DNA from: Thermoleophilia bacterium | Lineage (GTDB): Bacteria > Actinomycetota > Thermoleophilia > Gaiellales > JAICJC01 | Assembly: GCA_025934255.1 (NCBI GenBank) | Contig: JAICYJ010000007.1 | Coordinates: 2,290-66,289, forward strand | DNA length: 64,000 nt | Direction: 5' to 3' | Part shown: piece by piece, positions 17,391 to 25,721 of the stretch | Numbering within the stretch: the first letter of the stretch is position 1 | Layout: every line of letters begins with the position of its first letter | The notes under the pieces: model-generated | Told to the model about the DNA's origin: nothing | What the model saw: only the letters and a program-made list of their open reading frames with translations | Database searches by the model: none | Made by a program: the position numbers and the translations under genes

Positions 17391-18066
17391 GTGAATGGTC
17401 GCCCCAACATCGTGCTCGTCCACGGCGCCTGGGCGGACGGATCCTGCTGGAGTGAGGTCATCGAGCTGTTGCAGACGGCCGGCTTCGGCGTGTGAGCGCC
17501 ACAGTTTCCGATGAGCTCCCTCGCCGAGCACGTGGCGCGCCTGCGACGGGTGCTCGAGTTCCAGGAGGGGCCGACCATCGTCGCCGGTCATTCCTACGGC
17601 GGGCAGATCATGACCGCACTGGGGACGAACGCACCCAACGCCGTCGGGCTCGTCTACGTCGCGGCATTCGGGCTCGACGTGGGCGAGTCACTCGGTGCGC
17701 TGCTCTCGCAAGGGCCGGTCACGCCGGCGCTCGCGCACCTGTTCACGGACGGGCGCGGGTTCGGCTGGCTTTCCGAAGAGGACTTCGTCGAACACCTCGC
17801 TGCCGACGTCGACCGGTCCCGCGCCAGGGTGATGTGGTCGGTGCAGCAGGCGCTCGCCTCGTCGGCGTTCACGATGTGATGGGCCGCCGGCGATCCCACC
17901 CGACGCCGAGCGGCAGTTCGCGGGCCGGATGGGGGCCACGACGGTCGAGATCCCGTCGAGTCACGTTGCCATGGTCTCCCACCCACGGGAGGTCGCCGAG
18001 TTGATCGAGCAAGCTGCCCAGTCGGTCGGTGCGACCGCGGACACGGGTTCGACGGAAAGGAGCTGA
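17391..18066 (+). pseudogene. alpha/beta-hydrolase pseudogene (in-frame TGA, then internal deletion/frameshift)
   Basis: GTG 17391 follows GAAGGGAG. NIVLVHGAWADGSCW..GFGV is interrupted by TGA 17493-17495 and continues in the same frame (APQFPMSSLAEH..IVAGHSYGG nucleophile elbow). That frame ends at 17879. The family C-terminus (IPPDAERQFAGRMGATTVEIPSSHVAMVSHPREVAELIE) resumes in another frame from about 17890 to the stop at 18064-18066. Confidence 0.8.
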
Positions 18067-18180
18067 GCACGCCGGCGCGGGGCCAGCCCAGCATCGTGTG
18101 TTGCCAGGGCTAGCACGACAGGTTCCGACGGCGTCCTTCGGTACGTCGAGGTCGCCGATGGACGCGAGGCGTTTCCAGGC

Positions 18181-18921
18181 CTAGCTGCCGACGGCCGGCT
18201 TTCGCTCCACGTCCACGACCCCATTGATCCGAACCCAGCGACTGGCCTGAGTTCGGTTGGAAACGCCGAGCTTCCGGTAGACGTTCGACAGATGGAATTT
18301 CACCGTCTGCTCAGTCACCCACAGGCGTTGCGCAATCTCCGCGTTCGACATCCCTTCGGACACGAGCGTGAGGATCTGCCACTCCCTTCGAGTCAGCGTG
18401 TGGGTCGGCTGGCCCTGCGACCTCCCGACCGTGGGTCGCTGGGGCACAACGGGGGCGAAGAAGATGGACTGATCGAACACCTGCTTGACCACAAGGGTCA
18501 GCTCGGTCGAATCCATCGTGTTCTCCACGTACGCGTGTGCGCCCGCGGCGAGCACTTCGCTGACCAGGCCACTCTCCGATCGAGGGCCCAGAACGATCAG
18601 CTTCGCTCCGCCCGAGCTGCTCAGGGCCGACTCGATCCATCGCAACCTCGTGTGCTCGCCCAGCAAATCCACATCGGCAACGACGAGGTCTGGGTGATGC
18701 TCGTCCAGCAATCCAAGCGCCGAACGTGGAGATGCCGTCTTGCCGACGGTCGTGACGCCAATCTCAGCCAGCAGTCGCTGAAGGGCCTCGAGCCAGAGCG
18801 GATAGCTGTCGAGGATCACGGCCGTCGGGGTTCCGGCACGGCCGGAAGCCACGACCAAGTCGCCAGCATCGCGGCTGGCATCGCCCGGGGTTACCGGTCC
18901 ATGATCAATCGTGGAGCCCAT
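18181..18921 (-). CDS. LuxR/NarL-type transcription regulator with atypical receiver-like domain
   Basis: C-terminal LTRREWQILTLVSEGMSNAEIAQRLWVTEQTVKFHLSNVYRKLGV is a LuxR HTH. The N-terminal REC-like fold lacks a canonical acidic pair (ILDSYPL), and the conserved Lys position reads AYVENT. Confidence 0.85.
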   Translation of the reverse strand: MGSTIDHGPVTPGDASRDAGDLVVASGRAGTPTAVILDSYPLWLEALQRLLAEIGVTTVGKTASPRSALGLLDEHHPDLVVADVDLLGEHTRLRWIESALSSSGGAKLIVLGPRSESGLVSEVLAAGAHAYVENTMDSTELTLVVKQVFDQSIFFAPVVPQRPTVGRSQGQPTHTLTRREWQILTLVSEGMSNAEIAQRLWVTEQTVKFHLSNVYRKLGVSNRTQASRWVRINGVVDVERKPAVGS

Positions 18922-18943
18922 CGAATTGAGCTCACCTCACTCC

Positions 18944-19062
18944 CCCAAAGAGCCTAGCCTTAGATGGCTCTTACCTCATTGCCCAAGAGGTCGTATATCA
19001 CCGCCCAAAGAGCCTCACCGAGGCAGCCCTTCCCTCTCGTTCCCACCCAAAGAGCCTAGCCT
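18944..19062. repeat. three copies of CCCAAAGAGCCT (two as identical 17-mers CCCAAAGAGCCTAGCCT) in the LuxR/PAP2 divergent intergenic region
   Basis: 17-mers at 18944-18960 and 19046-19062 and a 12-mer at 19004-19015. There is also an inverted pair, AAGAGCC (18948-18954) and GGCTCTT (18966-18972). Confidence 0.7.
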
Positions 19063-19288
19063 CACGACTACACTAGACCCGACCTTGGAAAATGTCAAAG
19101 CGGTGTAAGGCCCGGATTACCGGACCCGCTGACCAGACTGGTTATCCGGGCCGTTGCCTGAGCTGGCGCAGAGCCTCTGGACCGCGGTCACCTGGGAAGC
19201 CGACGCTACGATCAGTGCGGCGCCGGGCCCGACGCCTGTCGGCACGTCGACTGCCGTCGACCACCACCATCGGGGAGGTTCACGGAGG

Positions 19289-20002
19289 ATGCTCGGGGAG
19301 GACGACGTCCATCCCGGCGGAGTTCGCGGATCGGTCGCTGACCGGCTGGCAGCCTACCGCTTGGCCGTCGGGCTGGGGGCGGCGTTTCTGGCACTCACGG
19401 TTGCCGTGCAGATGGGAGCCACCGCTCCCCTCGATCGGCTTCTCGAACGACACACCGGAGCTCTGGCGAACGGCAACTGGTCGCTGCTTGCATATGCCGC
19501 CGACCCGTTCGTGGTGACCGTGGCGTTTGCAGCGGCGCTGCTCGCGGGGTGGCGCCGATCAGCGACGGTGCACCCGTTGGCGTGGGCCGCAGCCTTCCTG
19601 GTCGGACAGCTGGTCGAACTGGCTCTGAAGTGGCAGGTTGGCCAGATTCCCTTCAACGAGCCAGAACGGGTGCTCGGTGTTTGGGTGCTGCCAGGCAGCT
19701 ACCCCAGCGGCCACGCGATGCGAGCCGTGCTACTCGCGGGGGTGGCCTCAGCGGTGGCGCCTCGCTGGAGGTGGCTGTGGATTGCGTATGCAGCCGGGCT
19801 CAGCGCATGGGTGCTGATGTCCGGCATGCATCTCTGCACCGACACGCTGGGCGGAGTGCTGCTCGGTGCGACCTTGGTGGCTGCGGTCAACCGGTGGTCG
19901 GCGATCCACTCGAGTCCCGTTGCCACGGAGACACGTCGTCCTGAGGTCGACGTGATCGTCGAGGGTCGCGCCCACCGGCGGCGGGGAGTCACGATCTCCT
20001 GA
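19289..20002 (+). CDS. PAP2-superfamily (type 2 phosphatidic-acid-phosphatase-like) membrane phosphatase
   Basis: PSGH and SGMHLCTDTLGG (SR-x5-H-x3-D-like) motifs within multiple TM helices. Start uncertain (ATG 19289 after GGAGG, or upstream 19154). Confidence 0.75.
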   Translation: MLGEDDVHPGGVRGSVADRLAAYRLAVGLGAAFLALTVAVQMGATAPLDRLLERHTGALANGNWSLLAYAADPFVVTVAFAAALLAGWRRSATVHPLAWAAAFLVGQLVELALKWQVGQIPFNEPERVLGVWVLPGSYPSGHAMRAVLLAGVASAVAPRWRWLWIAYAAGLSAWVLMSGMHLCTDTLGGVLLGATLVAAVNRWSAIHSSPVATETRRPEVDVIVEGRAHRRRGVTIS

Positions 20003-20071
20003 GCAGCGCCGGTCGGCTCACGATAGGGTGCCACGGGTGTCCACTGAGCCGATCAGGGTACGCACCGGTCA

Positions 20072-21067
20072 ATGACGTCCGAGTGGCAGGGAAAGCGCGT
20101 GCTGGTCACCGGAGCCGGCGGATTCATCGGCTCGCATCTGACCGAAGCGATGGTTCGAGCCGGCGCGGACGTGCGAGCGCTGATCCACTACAACGGACGG
20201 CTGGACCGGGGAATGCTGGCATTCGCAGACCAGGACATCGACTGTGATGTCCATTTTGGCGACGTCACCGATCCGTGGAGCGTGGAGAAGGCCACGCGAG
20301 GCGTCGACGTGGTGTTCCACCTGGCCGCCTTGATCGGCATTCCGTACTCCTACGTCGCCCCCGCGTCCTACACGGCGGTCAACCTCACCGGAACGCTGAA
20401 CGTGCTGCAAGCCGTGCGCTCGCAGGAGATCGGACGCCTGGTTCACACGTCCACCAGCGAGGTGTACGGCACGGCCAGGTACGTCCCCATCGACGAGCAG
20501 CACCCCCTGCAACCCCAGTCCCCGTACTCGGCCTCGAAGATCGCGGCCGACAGCCTGGCGGAGTCGTTCTACCGCTCCTTCGACGTGCCCGTGGCGATCA
20601 TCCGGCCGTTCAACACCTACGGCCCGCGCCAGTCGGCCCGCGCGGTGATCCCGACCATCGCAAGCCAGCTTCTCGCCGGCCTGCCCGAGCTTCGGCTGGG
20701 CTCACTGGCTCCCGAGCGCGACCTCACGTTCGTGCTCGACACCGTCGCCGGCTTCATGGCAGTGGGCGCAAGCGATGCCTGCATCGGACATGTCACCAAC
20801 GTTGGAAACGGGCGCGCGATCTCGATCGGAGACCTGGCTCGAACGATGGCGTCGCTGGCAGGAAAGCCGGACATCCCCATCGTCGGGGACGTTGACCGCG
20901 TACGGCCGGACATGTCCGAAGTGATGCAGCTTGTGTGTGACTACTCCCGGGCCACCGAGCGCGCGCGGTGGCAACCGCGCACGAGCCTGAAGGACGGGCT
21001 TTCCAAGGTGATGGAGTTCATCGAGCGTCATATCGATCTGTACCGTCCGGATACATACGCTCGCTAA
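20072..21067 (+). CDS. extended-SDR NAD-dependent sugar epimerase/4,6-dehydratase (LegB-like)
   Basis: VLVTGAGGFIGSHL Rossmann motif, TSTSEVYG, and YSASK (YxxxK). Confidence 0.88.
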   Translation: MTSEWQGKRVLVTGAGGFIGSHLTEAMVRAGADVRALIHYNGRLDRGMLAFADQDIDCDVHFGDVTDPWSVEKATRGVDVVFHLAALIGIPYSYVAPASYTAVNLTGTLNVLQAVRSQEIGRLVHTSTSEVYGTARYVPIDEQHPLQPQSPYSASKIAADSLAESFYRSFDVPVAIIRPFNTYGPRQSARAVIPTIASQLLAGLPELRLGSLAPERDLTFVLDTVAGFMAVGASDACIGHVTNVGNGRAISIGDLARTMASLAGKPDIPIVGDVDRVRPDMSEVMQLVCDYSRATERARWQPRTSLKDGLSKVMEFIERHIDLYRPDTYAR

Positions 21068-21468
21068 TCCAGAGCGAAGGTATGACGGTTGTGACCCAGC
21101 CACCCAAACTTAAGTCAAGGAAACCCCATCAAAGGTCTAGGTGATCGCCGCCGACCGACCGTCCGTGTTCTGCCGGGGACCTAGACGATCGTGGAGGGTT
21201 CACCACCTCGACCCATTTGATAGCGACACCGCCGGTGATGCCGTTGCCTGTGATGCCCTTACACAAAGCCAGTATCCAGCCGTTTTCGCCCGTGATCGGC
21301 TGCGGATCGACGGAACCTAAACGTTTGCGGGGATTGCCCTCTGGTGTCTTGAGACAGCGCCATACAGTCCGTAAGCTCTCCGTCACCCGTTAGATGGGTG
21401 TTAGGGATCGGTTAGGGATTGGATGTGGGCTGATTCGCCGAAGCGACGGTCCGTGACGGAAGGGCCAG

Positions 21469-22194
21469 ATGAACCATCGCGAGAAACGCGCGGTCTGTTT
21501 CGACCGAATGCTCAAGCGACAGCTCGACCTGGTCGTTGCGTGTCTGATCGGTTTGCTCTCCTTGCCCGTGTTGTTGATCGTTGCCGCGGCGATCAAGCTG
21601 GACAGCCGCGGCCCGGTCTTCTACCGATGTCAGCGGGTGGGACATCTCGGTCGCAGCTTCGGCATGCTCAAGTTCCGAAAGATGTACGACGGCGCTGCCG
21701 GTGCTTGTCTGACAGCCCGCGACGATGACCGTTTCACCCGGGTCGGGCGGTTCCTGGCACGCACCAAGCTCGATGAGCTACCCCAGCTCTGGAATGTCAT
21801 GGCCGGGCAGATGAGTTTGGTCGGCCCTCGTCCGGAGGATCCAGGGTTCGTCGAAAGCCATCCCGAGTTCGAGACGATCCTGGCCCTCAAACCGGGGATG
21901 ACGGGGCTGTCGCAGCTGGCATTCGCCAACGAGAGCGAGATCCTCGCGCAGGACGACCCGATCACCGATTACGTCGACCGGATCCTCCCTCAGAAGATCG
22001 CGCTCGACTGCCTCTACGTAGATCGCAGGTCGGTTGCGATGGACGTTCGCGTACTGCTCTGGACGGTTGTCGCCGTCGTCTTCCGTAGGGACATCGCCGT
22101 CCATCGAGACACAGGTCATCAGGGGCTTCGGCGCCGCCCCCACACCGAGCTGGCTGCGGTGGGATCCGCCTTGCAACCGGAGACCGAGTCATGA
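21469..22194 (+). CDS. polyprenyl-phosphate sugar-phosphate transferase (small 'bacterial sugar transferase' / PglC-WbaP C-domain type, priming enzyme)
   Basis: KRQLDLVVACLIGLLSLPVLLIVAAAIKLDSRGPVFY..GMLKFRKM..RFLARTKLDELPQLWNVMAGQMSLVGPRP is the family signature. Confidence 0.9.
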   Translation: MNHREKRAVCFDRMLKRQLDLVVACLIGLLSLPVLLIVAAAIKLDSRGPVFYRCQRVGHLGRSFGMLKFRKMYDGAAGACLTARDDDRFTRVGRFLARTKLDELPQLWNVMAGQMSLVGPRPEDPGFVESHPEFETILALKPGMTGLSQLAFANESEILAQDDPITDYVDRILPQKIALDCLYVDRRSVAMDVRVLLWTVVAVVFRRDIAVHRDTGHQGLRRRPHTELAAVGSALQPETES

Positions 22195-23012
22195 TCAACG
22201 GCAACGGCACGAAGCGGGGCAGCCCGAAGCGCAGAACCGCTCACGCGGCCCGTTCACAGCCACCGGTGCAGGCGGTGGTGCTCGCCGGCGGCAAGGGCAC
22301 ACGACTGGCGCCGTACACGTCGATTCTTCCCAAGCCGCTGATGCCGATCGGCGATCGGTCGATCCTGGAGATCGTGCTCGGCCAGCTTGCCGGCAGCGGG
22401 ATTCAGCGAGCATCGCTGTGCGTTGGCTACCTCGCCCACCTGATCGAGGCCGTGATCGGCGATCGCACCGCCGACGGGCTGGAGATCCGGTACGTCCGCG
22501 AAGAGGAGGCGCTCGGCACCGCCGCGCCGCTTCGCCTCGTCCCCGAGCTTCGAAGCACGTTTCTCGCGATGAACGGCGACATCCTCACCGACCTCAACTA
22601 CAACGACCTGGTCGAGCATCATCGCGCCAGCGGGAACCTCGTCACCATCGCGACCCACAAGCGCCCGATCAAGATCGACTACGGCGTCCTGCGGGTGGGG
22701 CGAAACGGCGACTCGCATCGGGTGCGGGGCTTCCGGGAAAAGCCCGAGATGACCTCGATGGTCAGCATGGGGATCTACATGTTCGAGCCGCGAGCGCTCG
22801 ATTTCATCCCCTCGACCGGATACTTCGACTTTCCCCAGCTCGTGCTCGCGCTGCTCGACGCCGACGAGCCGGTCGGCGTGTTTCCGTTCTCGGGCCTGTG
22901 GTTCGACATCGGTCGCCGTGACGATTACGAGCGCGCCGCCGCCGTGTGGCTCGAACACCAGGTCGACGGCGAATCCGATCCGGCATTTCCGCTCGTGACG
23001 GGGTCCGAATGA
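22191..23012 (+). CDS. sugar-1-phosphate nucleotidylyltransferase
   Basis: AVVLAGGKGTRLAPYTSILPKPLMPIG (G-x-G-T-R-L NTP-transferase motif). ATGA overlap with the upstream stop. Confidence 0.88.
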   Translation: MINGNGTKRGSPKRRTAHAARSQPPVQAVVLAGGKGTRLAPYTSILPKPLMPIGDRSILEIVLGQLAGSGIQRASLCVGYLAHLIEAVIGDRTADGLEIRYVREEEALGTAAPLRLVPELRSTFLAMNGDILTDLNYNDLVEHHRASGNLVTIATHKRPIKIDYGVLRVGRNGDSHRVRGFREKPEMTSMVSMGIYMFEPRALDFIPSTGYFDFPQLVLALLDADEPVGVFPFSGLWFDIGRRDDYERAAAVWLEHQVDGESDPAFPLVTGSE

Positions 23013-24247
23013 GGGGCGTGATCGAGTCTCCCCACGCGATGGAGAAGGTCGGGTCGCGTCCGGCTGACACCGGCGCGCCCTGGAGCGTCCCGCTTTCGGA
23101 CGTTACCAGCGACCCGGAGATCGAAGCTGCGCTGTTCGAGACGATCCGGTCCGGTTGGTGGAGCTCCGGACCCCGCGTGCTGGAGTTCGAGGCGGCGTTT
23201 GCACGAATGTGCGGATCGCGTGAGGCGATCGCGGTCGCCAACGGGACGGCCGCTCTGCACCTGGCACTTCTGGCGATTGGATGCGGGCCGGGCGACGAGG
23301 TGATCCTCCCGTCGCTGAACTTCGTCGCCGGCGCCAACATGATCGGTCTGGTCGGCGCCACGCCGGTGTTCTGCGATATCGGCAGCGTTGACGATCTCAC
23401 CATCGACCCCGCCGACATCGAGGCTGCCGTCACGCCGCATACCAAGGCGATCATGGTCATGCACTACGGCGGGCATCCCTGCGGCATGGAGGCCATCCTC
23501 GAGATAGCTTCCAGGCACCGGATCGCGGTGATCGAAGACGCAGCCCATGCGCCCGGCGCGACGCTCGCCGGGAGGGCGTGCGGGACGTTCGGGGACATCG
23601 GCTGCTTCAGCTTCTTCTCGAACAAGAACCTGCCCGTGGGCGAGGGCGGCATGGTCGTCACCGATGACGAGGAGCTTGCCGGTCGTCTGCGGTTGCTCCG
23701 ATCCCACGGGATGACGACGCTCACCTGGGACCGCCACAAGGGGCACGCCGGCAGCTACGACGTGCTGCTGCAGGGTCTGAACTACAGGATGGACGATCCG
23801 CATGCTGCAATCGGCGTGGTGCAGCTTCGCAGGTTGGCGGCGTGGAACGCCGCTCGAGCCCGGATCACGTCGATCTACCGGGAACACCTTCACGGATTCG
23901 GCGGCATCCGCATGCCGTTCCCGCAGAGGAACCACGAGATGCCGGCGTATCACCTGGCCGTGATCCTGCTGCCTCACGGTTCCTCCCGAAGCGAGTTCCG
24001 CGAGCGGCTCGCCTCTGACCGGATCCAGACCAGCGTCCACTATCCGCCCACGCACATGTTCACCTGGTATCGCACCCAACCGAGCCACAGGAGGCTGTCC
24101 GTGACCGAATCGGTCGCCGACCGGTTGGTGACACTGCCGCTCTACCCGGCGATGGAGAACGCCGCCGTGAGCCGCGTGATCGAGGCGACGCAGAGGGCAC
24201 TGGGTGAGCGCGTTGGCGGCGATCCAAGAATTGATCGAGCCCGGTGA
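23009..24247 (+). CDS. DegT/DnrJ/EryC1/StrS-family PLP-dependent sugar aminotransferase
   Basis: AVANGTAALHLALLAIG.GPGDEVILPSLNFVA, FSFFSNKNL (PLP-Lys region) and SVHYPP motifs. ATGA overlap at 23009-23012. Confidence 0.9.
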   Translation: MRGVIESPHAMEKVGSRPADTGAPWSVPLSDVTSDPEIEAALFETIRSGWWSSGPRVLEFEAAFARMCGSREAIAVANGTAALHLALLAIGCGPGDEVILPSLNFVAGANMIGLVGATPVFCDIGSVDDLTIDPADIEAAVTPHTKAIMVMHYGGHPCGMEAILEIASRHRIAVIEDAAHAPGATLAGRACGTFGDIGCFSFFSNKNLPVGEGGMVVTDDEELAGRLRLLRSHGMTTLTWDRHKGHAGSYDVLLQGLNYRMDDPHAAIGVVQLRRLAAWNAARARITSIYREHLHGFGGIRMPFPQRNHEMPAYHLAVILLPHGSSRSEFRERLASDRIQTSVHYPPTHMFTWYRTQPSHRRLSVTESVADRLVTLPLYPAMENAAVSRVIEATQRALGERVGGDPRIDRAR

Positions 24248-24326
24248 CAAGAGACACGCATGATCCAACGTCCGTGAGCGACAGGTCACGCGACGCATTC
24301 ACCCTTCCGAGGAGCGCACCCACATC

Positions 24327-25721
24327 ATGGAGTTAAACGAGGCCATCCGCCGCGTGTTCGTGCAGCATTGGCGGCTTATCGTCCTGACGACCATCGCCTG
24401 CATCGCGATTGCGGCCCTGCTCAGCGTCCGTCAGTCGGCGACGTATACCGCGACAACCACGTTCGTTCTCGACGCCGCGGATCCCACCTCCAGTGCCGAG
24501 TCGGCGGTGATCGGTGATACCGCCCAGGCGATTGCCACCAGCCCGGCGCAGATCACCGCTGCATTGACCGCGGCGAACCTCACCGGTCGTAATTCGACCC
24601 AGGTCGCCAACAACGTGTCCGTCACTCCGCTCGGGGCGTCCGGCGTGCTCAAGCTGTCGGTGCAAGAGGACAGCCCCGCGGACGCCAGGGCGTTGGCGAA
24701 CGCACTTACCGCTCGCGTGATCGCCACCAGAAACCAGATCGACAACGCTCGGATCAAGCAGGTGTTCACGACCATCGACAACCGCATCAAGGGCGTCAAC
24801 AAGCAGATCCTCGCCCAGAATGCGGCGATCGCGGACCTGAATCGCCAGCTCAGCCTGAACCCCACCGGCCAGGCGGCCGCCAACCTGCAGCTGAAGATCA
24901 GCTCGCTCACCCAGACGCGTGACCTGACGGTGCAGCAGAAGGGTGTTCTGCAGTCCGAGGAAAGCAGCCTGCTGGCCACGAACGCCACCCGTCCTCAGGC
25001 GAATTTCATCAGCCACGCGCAGGAGCCGAGTCACGCTGATGCTTCCCCGGCGATTCCGGACATCGCGCTGGGAGCGCTGCTCGGCCTCGTGCTGGGCACG
25101 GGCTTGGCGGCGCTGATCGAGACGCTGCGACCGCGTTTCCTCGGCGGGGACATGCTCGCCCGCGAGCTCGAGATGGCTCACCTCGGCACGATTCCGGCAA
25201 CCGCCGGAGACCCGTCTGCCGGTTGGAGTCCCGAGCCGATCGCTCTGGTGCTGCGGCTTGCCGCCGAACGTGCCGGAGTCCGAAACGTGAGCTTGCTCGC
25301 GACCGAGCGGCAGAGCGATCTCGGGGTGGTGGCCAAGCGCATCGAGTCGGCCTGCAATCGCGCCGGTCACAGCGCCCCCGAGCCCATGGTCGCGCATTCG
25401 AGCTACGTTGGTTCGGTGTACACGCCAAGCGGCGTGGAGCACCCGGAGCGCCTCAGCGGGGCGTCGGCGCCCAGCCTTCGCGTTCGCCCGTTTGGGATCA
25501 GCTACACGTCCAACAACGGCGTGGGTGCCGGCATCGCCGTGGTCTCGGCCGCGTCACTGACCCGCCGGCAGATCGTTGAGCTGCGGCATCTGCTGAGCGT
25601 GATGCCCGCCCCGGTGCTGGGGCTGATCACGCAGGAGGTTTCACCCTCGTCGCCATGGGAGTCGGTGCAGCGCTGGTGGGCTGCACAGGGGATCGGGAGC
25701 AAGCCATCAGAACCCTCCTGA
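24327..25721 (+). CDS. Wzz/polysaccharide co-polymerase-like chain-length determinant with degenerate C-terminal ATPase-like domain
   Basis: N-terminal TM (WRLIVLTTIACIAIAALL), a long coiled-coil periplasmic region, a second TM (ALGALLGLVLGTGLAALIETL), and a C-terminal ~190 aa with no Walker-A GK[ST]. Confidence 0.75.
   Translation: MELNEAIRRVFVQHWRLIVLTTIACIAIAALLSVRQSATYTATTTFVLDAADPTSSAESAVIGDTAQAIATSPAQITAALTAANLTGRNSTQVANNVSVTPLGASGVLKLSVQEDSPADARALANALTARVIATRNQIDNARIKQVFTTIDNRIKGVNKQILAQNAAIADLNRQLSLNPTGQAAANLQLKISSLTQTRDLTVQQKGVLQSEESSLLATNATRPQANFISHAQEPSHADASPAIPDIALGALLGLVLGTGLAALIETLRPRFLGGDMLARELEMAHLGTIPATAGDPSAGWSPEPIALVLRLAAERAGVRNVSLLATERQSDLGVVAKRIESACNRAGHSAPEPMVAHSSYVGSVYTPSGVEHPERLSGASAPSLRVRPFGISYTSNNGVGAGIAVVSAASLTRRQIVELRHLLSVMPAPVLGLITQEVSPSSPWESVQRWWAAQGIGSKPSEPS

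Noticed and set aside
17493-17495. In-frame TGA in the alpha/beta-hydrolase as a possible selenocysteine or read-through codon
   Set aside because: The position is not a catalytic Cys site in this family. No SECIS-like hairpin was evident immediately downstream. The same gene carries a second lesion (deletion/frameshift near 17880), so pseudogenisation is the simpler reading.
18911-19108. 65-aa ORF with a 'PKEPSL' peptide repeat
   Set aside because: The peptide repeat is a by-product of the DNA direct repeats CCCAAAGAGCCT in a divergent promoter region. It has no SD and atypical codon usage, so it is treated as a DNA-level repeat instead.
21129-21386. 85-aa minus-strand ORF in the 400-nt gap before the priming transferase
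   Set aside because: Codon endings are mixed, unlike the GC3-rich genes around it. There is no motif and no convincing SD. It is more likely non-coding leader or promoter DNA, or a gene remnant.
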